Shown: positions 51,446-61,567 of the stretch, in pieces
Layout of the letters: every line of letters starts with the position of its first letter
Position numbering within the stretch: position 1 is the first letter of the stretch
Origin: Convolutriloba macropyga
Lineage: Eukaryota
Assembly (NCBI RefSeq): GCF_964194025.1
Contig: NC_134468.1
Coordinates: 86,552,001-86,616,000, forward strand
Reading direction: 5' to 3'
Length of the DNA stretch: 64,000 nucleotides
The notes under the pieces: generated by a model
Told to the model about the DNA's origin: nothing
Database searches by the model: none
What the model saw: only the letters and a program-made list of their open reading frames with translations
Translations under genes and position numbers: made by a program

Positions 51446-54400
51446 GTGAATTTGATGCGTGGATTCGTCTACGAGAACGAACAAATTGGAACTGCGATTC
51501 GGAGTACGCTGAAATCATAAAACACCTGGACCAAATCACAGATGTGACACTTAAAAAATCTCTTTGTTTGACCCTGTTGCACCCAAGTTACCTGTCCCAA
51601 ATGTGGGCGCGACCCAGGGAACTTTTTGCCCTAAACCCAAGCGGGGAGGATGACAAAACGCCCTCAAATGCCCAATCAAGACAGGAGTACACAATGAACA
51701 GCGCACTGAACATGAACTCGTCCAAAAATGAGGAGCTGGCGTTTTGGAAACGACTTCGAGAAAAGTTGAGCAAGTTGAACCCGGAGACTACGACTGACGT
51801 TTCAACTTTGCCCAAAATGGAGTTTACCCCTGAATGTCTGCAAATTAACCCGCCTTTTGCTGGTTTGGTACCAGAAGGTGTTGCATCGGCCGAGGGAATC
51901 CTTGACATCTGGAATCAGATATCGGCCAACGATTCCTGCCAGGGGCTCAAACCGACGAATGAAAAGGTCAGCGGTTCCTTGCAAAGTGACTTTTCAGTCG
52001 CAAAATTGCTGGAAACAACTTACAGTTCTCTGATTGCCGCTGCAAAAACTGACGTTTTAACTTGGGAAAAAGTTTTGGAAAACGTGGAAAAAGTTGTTGT
52101 TTCAAGCACGGGTGAAAAGTCGCAGACTCGAGAGGAAATTTTCGGAAACTCGAAGAGTAAAAAACTTCAAAACGAAGCAGTTTTGGCTCTCGCCTCGTTT
52201 GCTTTCGTCAAATGGTACGAAGTTGATCGAGAGAAAATACCGGCAATCGTGATGCTATTCGCCAAACTGCTGGAACAACAAAAACTTCTCGGCAGCGACG
52301 AAAACGCGAATAGTTTTGATTACGTAATGAGCTTAATCGAGTCGGAAGGCTTGGCCAATGAGCAAACTATGAGCTCTTGGTCTAGACTTCGGGAAATGAA
52401 TATTGCGTCAGAGGAGAAAACGTCGGCAGCCAATCAGAGTTCGTCGGTATGTGAACAAGTCGATGAATCGGAAAAAGTGACAGAACCCGTTTTGTCGGTT
52501 GGTTTGGAATCGAAAGGCGAAGTTTACACTCGAGCGAGGGAAATCTTTTCGGTCGAGTTTAGTGAATGTTTGCAAGAAACGTGCGGCAAACTTTCGGACC
52601 AAGACTTTGTTGCTGGTTTTATAAACTGCATACAACTTGCAAGAGCGCTTGATCGTGATCTTGAAGAAGAGTTTAAATGGGTTGAAGTTGGAGTCAAAGA
52701 CCAAAATGAGCTTATTTCTGAGAACAAAGACAAAAAGAGTGACAAAAAACAGAACTTGTTGTCTAATAAGACCAAAACAGACCAAGAAAAGATAACGGAC
52801 AATTGCATTTTGAGGATTCGGACATCAGTAAATACCTTATTTGGAATTGGTAGCGAGAAACAAATCGACATGCGAGAAACGAGCAGCCTTGAAGACAGTG
52901 AACCCCGAGCAAAGGTCAAAAAAGTTCAGCTCGATTCGGAAGAGCAAAGTCGCAGCAGTCAGTTTGCAGACCAGAAGATAAAGTGGGAACATGATCAGGT
53001 GGTTCTGGCGATAGCGTCGTTTGCTTTTATTGACTGGCAAAAAGTGGATCCAGAATTGATTCCGGCTCTGGTTCTGTTCTACGCCAGATTGGTCGAGCAC
53101 CAGAGGTTGCTTGGTAAGAGTGGAACCGAATTTGAAAAGTACTTGGTCAGTGAAACTGTATCAGAATGCAACGCGTCCGAATCGAGCGAGCTTGTCGCCT
53201 CGTGGCTGCGACTTCGTGAAATGGTCGAAAAACCAAATCACAAATCTAAAGCTTCGCTTGAATCAATTTCTGTTCACGAAAAACTTGCGCAAAGTGAACA
53301 AAATTCTTGTCACATTTCGGCCATTGCTTCAGAGCAGAAAACTGAAGATTTTATCCGAACACGTGAAATCTTTTCTGAAGTGTTTGCGCGGTGTGTTGAG
53401 GAATCACGGGGAAAAACTGGCTTTGAGGGTTCGGTGGCCGAATCGTTCGCTGAACCGAAAATGGGCAAATGTTTAGAATCTATTCTTGAGAATTGCTTTG
53501 CTGACCTCGAAGCTGGTGAGTTATCTGTGAAGAAGTCAACTGGTACAAAATCTAAAATTTCGTCACAAAAGAGAGAAACTGATTTCGATTTTGAGAAAGA
53601 ATTGACATCTTTTGAGCAGAAAATTCTCGCAATTGCGTCATTTGGTTACATAAACTGGAGCAAAGTTGATCCTCAACTTATCCCGGCCTTGGTTATGTTC
53701 TATGCCCAGTTGATCGAACATCAAAAATTACTCGGAAACAAAATCCCGTCGGAATCGTACATCATCAATGAAATTGCGTCACAATGCAAAGGAAGCGAAT
53801 CTTCTAAGTTGCTTTCGGCTTGGAATCGCCTTCGAGAAATGACTGAAAAACCGAAGCCAACATCGAAGGTTTCAAATCATATGATGTCAGAACTGGACAA
53901 ACTGTCCAAATCTGATGTAAATTTGGGAGAAATTCTGGCTTTAGCGTGTGAACAAAAACCAGAAGACTACATCCGAACGCGTGAAATTTTCGCGGAAGTT
54001 TTCCCAAAATGCGTTGAAGAGTCGGGCAATATTAGCTTTGAAGGGTGCTTAGCCGAAACGTTCAGCAAAATGAAAATGGGCAAATGTTTGGAGTCTGATT
54101 TGAAAAACTGTTTCGCCCAACTTTTGGCACAAGAATTAGAGGACCAAGAACCCGAGGTCAGAAAAACTGACTCAATTTCACAAGATCGAAGTAAAAATAT
54201 GTTCAATTTTGACGATAAAATGAAGTATTTTGAACAAAGTATGCTGGCCATTGCTTCGTTTGGATATATCGACTGGCACAAAGTTGATCCGGAACTTATA
54301 CCGTCTTTGGTTTTGTTCTACGCTAGACTTGTTGAGCACCAGAAAGTGATCGGCTACAGCGTTCCAGCGGACGAGTATATACTTAGCAAGATCATTTCAG

Positions 54401-56263
54401 AATGCAAAGCGAACGAGTCTGATGAAAATATTTCAGCTTGGAACCGATTGCGAGAAATGACCGAAAAATCGCGAATGACTTCAAAAGCTTGTGAACAGTT
54501 CACGAACGAACATGAAACAATGTCAGTTAAAGAGGACAATTTGAACAAAATTCTCGCTTTAGCAGCGCAACAAAAAACGGAGGACTACATTCGTACGCGT
54601 GAAATATTTGCTGAAGTTTTTGAAAAGTGTGGACAGGAGTCACGAATTAGCGATTTTGAGGGTGTTTTAGCCGAAACGTTCAAAGAGCAGAAACTTGGCC
54701 ATGGTTTACAGACAGATTTGTCAAGAATATACGAGTTTGCAATGTCTGAAAAACTTTCGACTAAAAATGACGATACAGTTCAAGTGTCCACCGACCCACA
54801 AGAACGCGAAGATGTATTTGGTTCTGAAAAGTCGACATCTGTTCGTCAAAGGGTCCTTGCTATGGCTTCCGAGGCCTTCATCAAATGGCTGCAACTTGAT
54901 TCCGCTCAAGCAATACCTGCTGTTTTGATGTTCTACGCTCAGATATTGATTCAAAACAACACACTACCTGAAAACCCGAAAGATTTCGAATACTTTATCA
55001 CCAAAATTCTTTCGAACTGTCTTGGGTCTGATAATGCGCCCAAATCTTGGATCAGACCTAGAGAAATGCCGGTTGAGGTACCAGAAAAACCGAGCGCTGA
55101 AAATCAACTAGTGCCGATATCGGAAAAATTACTGGGAAGTAATTTTTCCACGAAACCAATTACAGCATTTGGGTTGGAAAAGAACCTTTCGGAGTTTTCG
55201 CGGCCCCGGGAATTACTTTCGGCTATTTTTGAGGAAACGCTTCAAGAACCCTGCGGCGTGATTCGTGACAGTTTCTTGGCCAGCGTGGTGAAATTGAACA
55301 AACTTGCCCGAGCCCTCGAAATGAACATCGACTTCGAAAAAACGTGGATAAACGTGAAAGATCTCAACCGAAAAGAAGCCTTGAACGGCAGAAACGAAAC
55401 AAGAAAACTTCAGAAAATCGATTACGTCAAAAACGGTTCAACTAACAACGCGGAACTTTCACAGGATAAAAACATGATCGTTGCTCGAAACGCACTTGGG
55501 GTTGTAAAACTCGAAGAGACGCACAATAAAGAATTCCGAGTTTTCAACACGAAAGCGAACAAACTTCCGACGCCTAAAAGTTGTCATTTCACGAGCAAAG
55601 AAACGATTGATCGCGCTCTTGCCCATGGCAAAAATGACAAAATTGACTTATTTGAGGCGCACAAATTAAACTCACAAACACGTAAAGGCACTAAAACTTT
55701 CGAAAGTTTGCAAGATGATAACTGCACTTCCGAAAGCGAAAAATTGATTAGCAAAGTCCTCGCCAAAGCCAAAAGTCAAGGTTTAATTTTGCTTCAATCT
55801 GAAGACGAAATTGACCAAAAAGGCGCAAATCCGAATGTCGAAAAAGCCGAAGAGTTTTCAAGTGAGCAAAATTGTGTTCACGCAACGAAAAAAAGGTACT
55901 CGGAAAAGATTTTGGCTTCGTGCGCGGTCGAGAACTTGAAATTGATTTCATTGGACGACGAAATCGCAATTGATGACGTCAGAAAGTGCCAAACGTTGTC
56001 TGATTTGTGGACGAAAGAGGAATACGAGTCGGATCCGTCATTGATGACAAAATTTTTGGCGTTCGGAAAAGAGGCGAATGATATTAAATACGAGAAAGCG
56101 AATGAAGATGAACTGGAGGTGATGGAGGGGGCTATTTTGCCTCACGAGCAGCAATCTTTGGAAGCCGCGAGAACCCGAAAGGTCAGGATGGCCAATGTTC
56201 CAGTCGAGGCCATGTCAAAGGTCACGCTGAGGTTGATCGAGGTGGCACAGGTCATCGACAAAG
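51446..56263 (+). CDS. Large unknown protein, 4.8-kb exon with five ~205-aa internal repeats
   Basis: Acceptor ATTATAG|GT (phase 1), 1606 open codons, donor AAG|GTACGA (phase 1). LAxASF repeats at about 52180, 53000, 53620, 54240 and 54850. Confidence 0.88.
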
Positions 56264-56303
56264 GTACGAATTTTGGAATATATTCTGTCCTCAAAGGTTA
56301 TTG

Positions 56304-56449
56304 GGGTCTTTCCCATTATAGCCCCCCATGAAATTGTAGCCCCCATTATGGTATGTTTACCATAATTTGGGGGGGGGGGGGGGTGAGGGACTACAGGTTA
56401 TCTGACCACTAAGCTGGGGGGGGGTTATGGTTTATAGTGGGAAACACCC
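56304..56449 (+). mobile_element. MITE with TIR GGGTCTTTCCCA/TGGGAAACACCC and a perfect 8-bp TSD GGTTATTG
   Basis: TSD at 56296-56303 and 56450-56457; shares CCACTAAGCTGGGG with the other MITEs. A further partial MITE follows at 56460-56578. Confidence 0.88.
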
Positions 56450-57308
56450 GGTTATTGAACTTATATCTTTTACGTCCACCAGGTGCACGTGCTATTTTTT
56501 TTATAATAACGTGCTATACAACACATAATTTGTAATTGGGGGACATAAAAAACACCTGAGGCTGACACCGAATAGAACAGACATTCTTTTCAATTTTAAT
56601 TCAAACATAAGTAATTAGAACATGAGTAATACATAAATAATTAGTATTCGGACACGAAATGTTTTCAAATGCTGAGATTTATTATGGTACCAAAAAGTTG
56701 CTACAACATGATTTGTGAACTTTCTGTATCTGATAGAATCTATTTCTGTCAAAGAATTCCCAGATCTATTTTCCAAAATATGTAGACCTAAATTTCGCTG
56801 CGTCTATTCGCAGACTAGCGTGTTCTGTTTATCCCATTACAGACAAAACAGCTCGATGAAAGCCCAGGGTGAGGTCCGCGACCAAAAACAGTTATTGGCC
56901 AGACCGACTTGGGTCGCGGACAGGGAGTCTGGTGCGAACCAACTCAATGTTCCGGAAAAAATTGAGTCGAGCCCTCCGTCTAAAAATTTTAAAAGAGATT
57001 TTAATTTCGTTTTCTCACTTAAACAGAAAAGATGACAAAACCGTCTTGTTTTTTTTTACTGTTTGCGATAGTGCTTGGCTGGAAAAATGCTGGAATTGGA
57101 TGAGCGACAAAAATCTTGAGAGATTTCAATCACAACCACACGCACGAGATGCTTCCAAACCATAACTTGAAATTGACGGCAATGTAATCCTGAAGTACAA
57201 AAATCGAATATTGTCAGCTATTTATGCTGAGTAAAAAAGTGGAAAATAGTTGATTAATAAAGCAATTCATATGTTTCGAGCAGTTTTGATTCAACGGTTA
57301 ACAAAACA

Positions 57309-58040
57309 AACAAAAAGGCTCGTTACACTCGAAGTTCCAACCGCGCTCATCGACATTTTTGGTATAACTGTCTACCAGAGGAGAAACAGATAGAAAACCA
57401 CCAAAATTTAAGTATTTTGGTGTATGGCGTATAAACAAAAATTGGCGTATGAACAAAAAATATTGTCTCCAATACAAATACTTCAGTGGAGTAATAAAAA
57501 GCCTTATTAGATTGATGAGATCTGCCGTATGCAAATACCCAAACATAGAAAAGTGAAATCTGGTAGTATCAAACCAAAAAACCAAAATTTAACGCGTAAA
57601 ACTGCAATAAAGATTGAATTGGACTCAGTAGAAAGAAGAAGCATTCTTTTTTGCAGACACTAGCCTACAAGTTGACCAAATTAAGAGAAAATAGTGGCAA
57701 AATTTAAAAAGCCATTGTTTATTCAAACATCAAAATTTGACAAGCCAAAATGACCACAAGCTTTCGAGTTAAAAACTAGATACATTAATTTGGAACTGCT
57801 TAGTAAGCCAATTTGACCCAACACCAATGAGCTTTGATTTAAATTGTTCTCTTCTTTAATTAACATAAAAAAGATAGATTTTTTTAAAAGACCGACTGAT
57901 TACAATTGGATTTTTTTGGATGGCAACAGTCTGGCACCAAAAATGGCCTTGCTATTGCTGTTCGTCTATTAAGAACATTTAATTGTATTGAATGTAATAA
58001 ATGTAGCTAATTTGTAAATAAAAGAATACAAAAAGTATTG
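57309..58040 (-). mobile_element. Internally deleted HINE-like copy
   Basis: 57309-57545 matches 47076-47310; 57550-58010 matches 48655-49130. Confidence 0.7.
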
Positions 58041-58530
58041 CTTTTTTCTCAAATACTTATTGGAAATTAGTTTTTTTATAAAAAAAAACTGTACAAACCG
58101 TCTACTATACCTTTAAAAAGTGAAAAACGTTATAATGAGAAGACTAGAGAACTAATTTATGCTCCAATTCGTTGCCTTAACGTTTTCCTTGTTGTTCTTA
58201 ACATATAACTTACATAGCCTTTTCACGCAAAAAAAGTTTTGAATGTGTCGATTTGAAATAGAGAGAAAATAGAGAAATAGAGAAATAAAGAGATGGAAAA
58301 CTGTTTATCAGCTTTAATGTTGTTTAGATGTTTTTTTAACGTTTTTATAACTATATTCACATCGTAACGTTTTAGAACAAAACCTGCATATTTTGAGGGT
58401 CATGGGTCATAAACGTCAGGTCATAAAAATTGTACTTGGAACCATAAAAAGCTATGGAGGGGAGGGAGGGATGAAACAGAACAGATATAAATTCACGCCT
58501 AACTGTTGTAACAGCGAGGAATAAATTTAG

Positions 58531-58771
58531 GAACTGGCTGTGACCTCGACGTGGCGCTTGAGAAATCTGCTGCAGAAGTTGACTCTGCTAACAACCAAGT
58601 GGTTGAGCTTCAACTGAACTGGGAGGAGTTCTGTCCTTATTTGGAAGAAATTATGAGTGCAGTTGTCACACCAGACGAAGAGAAGGGAAATAACGAGGAG
58701 AAAATGGAATATATGTTTAACATGACGGCCAATGGTGGTGCAGTGGCTGCAAGTGACATTACGGCACAAAT
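58531..58771 (+). CDS. Large unknown protein, internal exon
   Basis: TTTAG acceptor, phase 1 (compatible with 56263); acidic open frame; donor GTGAGT, phase 2. Confidence 0.8.
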
Positions 58772-60417
58772 GTGAGTTTTTCTGTGAACATTTTAGGCGC
58801 TAAAAAGTGGCCATTGTCACCAAAAAAAGAGCATTCATGCTCACAAAATGAACAGTCAGAGATGTGGGGAATAATAGCAAAGGACGGCTGAGAACAGGCT
58901 ACTGTTAATGCACTGCAGACTAGAAGATTAATGCTGCTCCGCTGCAATTACGCAGAAACTAACTTATTTTTATTTTTAATAGCCGCGAAGCGACAGCAGC
59001 TATTATTGGAGACATCGTGGCTTTTTTTACAATTCAAAGAATTTGAATTGTATTGGAGGCTGTCTTTTTTTAAAGATCTGTTCACTCATTTTCATGATTT
59101 TTGAAGTCAAAATGGAGTAGTGATTTTGGTCACGCCGAAACAGGAAGTGGAGCAAAAAAGCGATTTGTTTCGCGGCGTGAAATTTTTTACTCTAATTTTG
59201 AAGTAGAGTGAGAAAACGGTGTTTGAACAAAAAAAGATTGCTTTCTCGCTAGTGGTTTTTTGTTCACAAGCGGCAATTCCACTTTGGTTTTTACTTTTTT
59301 TCGATTTTTTGGATTGGATTTTTTCTAAATGGTTTTACCAATCCTTTCATAGTTCATTCCAGGCCTAGTTTTTTGTTTGAACTAAAGTTCTTTTTCTCGC
59401 TAGTGGTTTTTTTTGGTCACATGCGGCATTTTGACATTGATTTTCATTCAGATGGAAATGGTTTTTCTTTTTCAGATGGAAATGGATTTCGTAATTCACT
59501 CATAGTCCGTTCTATGTCTAGTTTTTGTTTAGTCAATGAAAATTTTTTGACTTGTACGTCAGGACTGGTCCTGCATCGTTTTTTCAATTCGTCGTCTCCA
59601 TCAATTATTCTTGCGACCTGACTTCTTTCTTGGAATTGACTTTTCAATTTAAGTGATTTCTACTGCTTTGCAGTTAGAATTTGTGTGCGAGACGTCATTT
59701 GTTCTGCTTTCATGTCAATTGCGTGACTTACCTCACTCAATAAAAAACTTCTGAACTCGCTTAATGAACTTTAAATTTTATCAACATTTACTAGTTAGAG
59801 GTTAATAGTGTGCATCTAAGTAGTGCCTAACGTATATGCCTTAATTCTTGAGTATCAGAGTCTTGAATTTTTTGATTTCGAATTTTTATTTTGAAACAGC
59901 TCCATTAGGGTTTTTTCCTTATAGAGCTTATGTGTCTCATAAAAATTACAATCCGAATCTAACTCAAAAAGTCTAGTGGTCTATTAAAGGACTGGTGGTC
60001 GATCTATCTATCTTATTTCTTTAGTTTTTTCAATTCATAGAAGGACATAAGTGTCAATCGCGGCTATTTTCCGGCAATCTGCCCGCTATGTTGTTATTAT
60101 TATTATAAGTTGCAATTTTTTTCATAGATTCTCAAATTTTTCAGGTTTTTTTAGATTGTGAAAGGTAGTAAACAAGCTAACAAAAAAGATATCAAGCTCA
60201 GTAATATGTCTGTTTAATGCGTAAAAGCCAAAAACTAACGTACATTTTTTGAAGCGAATTGTTTTGTATGAGTTATTTCTTGATATGTTGCTTAATTTGA
60301 ATTCGAGAATTTTTCCTTTACTTTTCTCCTTTACCTGTAACACTGTTGAATTTATTAGGAACAGTTAATGGAAAGAAACAACTGAGCAACAAATTAGTTA
60401 TGTTAGCTTGTTACCAG

Positions 60418-60880
60418 GTACGAACGCGGGGAGATTGATTCAACTATTTCAATGGCTGGATATGAAAACCATCCCGAAAATGAGCTTATCAGAGAAAGCT
60501 CCCAACTCGAGCTCAACAAACTCCTCAAAATCGCTGACGAATCTTGCGAGCCAGACAAATTTGACCAGTATCCGGCGTACATCGAAGAGTTTGTGGAGTA
60601 CACAAATATCGACTCGACCACAGAAAGCTTCGCCAGTGAGTGCCTGGGAAGTGTCGAGAACATCGAAAGACTCGAGGCGCTGGGTTCGTTGCAAAGTGTT
60701 ATCAGCGAGCATTTATCGACTGCAGACGACATGAGTGAAGTCGTGTACGAGAAGCCCGAAGACTCGGACGACGAAGAAGTTGACGAGTTGATAGAGCCGA
60801 CTGAGAAGCCACAAGTGGAACACGCTCCCAGACGCGGATTCGGAAGGAATTTGAAGCCAGAGGACGCGGGAGTGTTTGAA
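60418..60880 (+). CDS. Large unknown protein, acidic internal exon
   Basis: TTACCAG acceptor, phase 2 (compatible with 58771); Glu/Asp-rich frame; donor GTAAAT, phase 0. Confidence 0.8.
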
Positions 60881-60940
60881 GTAAATTTGTACCGTATATT
60901 TTCTCTTCCTTCATTTTCCAATTATACCAACAACTGCCTG

Positions 60941-61553
60941 TGTTAGAATATCGATCAAACTATAGTCTTAAACTTAGTGAGAATTAGAAAGAAAGTTTGA
61001 CTTACCAGATTAGAAAGACAAGCAATATGACTTCGATCAAAGAAATTATATAAATGAATCGTCAAGAAATGGTGCTTAGAATCAATATTCGGTTCAAATT
61101 GGTGAATCCAGATAACTATTATTAGATTTAGATTAATTGATGTAAAATCTTCCCAGCATGTATTAAATGATGATGATATCTCCGGAAGTGTGAATGAATT
61201 CTTAGAAAAGTGCAAAAGCATTCCATTTATGGTTCCCTTTGCGACTGATTTGCAGAAGCAAACCATATTGGGTAACCTTTGATACCCCCCCCCCTATAAA
61301 TCACGGTGCTATGATTAGTTTTGTACCTTGAATTTTTCACACTGATAATGGGTATATGTACAGCTGATTTTTGAGTCCTTTTTCATCCCCAAATTCAAAT
61401 CACCATCTTGATCTAATAATCCGATCTCTCCTGCTAAATCTCTAAATTCTACTGTAAAATATCATTTTGTTATTCTCTCATTTTTGAGGAATTAATTCTT
61501 TTACTTAGTTAAAAACGCTTTTTATTCCGCTTGCGAAAGTCCATAATCCAACA
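60941..61553 (+). repeat. Probable 5' LTR of the copia element
   Basis: Begins TGTTAGAATAT and ends ATAATCCAACA (imperfect inverted termini, TG...CA), immediately before the PBS. Confidence 0.65.
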
Positions 61554-61567
61554 GGTTATGGGCCCAG
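61554..61567 (+). other. Primer binding site GGTTATGGGCCCAG (initiator tRNA-Met half-molecule type)
   Basis: Matches the PBS known from Drosophila copia-type elements. Confidence 0.85.

Noticed and set aside
56264-56331. C-terminus and stop of the 1652-aa ORF
   Set aside because: Read-through past the donor at 56264 into intron and MITE sequence.
56715-57165. GC-richer patch with ORFs after the acceptor CCCATTACAG (56842)
   Set aside because: Phase-1 splicing from 56263 reaches TGA after five codons; it cannot be fitted to the gene model without transcript data.
44216-60921. Many antisense or alternate-frame ORFs over the large exons (e.g. 44505-45014, 52524-52919, 60403-60921)
   Set aside because: Shadow frames of real coding sequence with no independent motifs.
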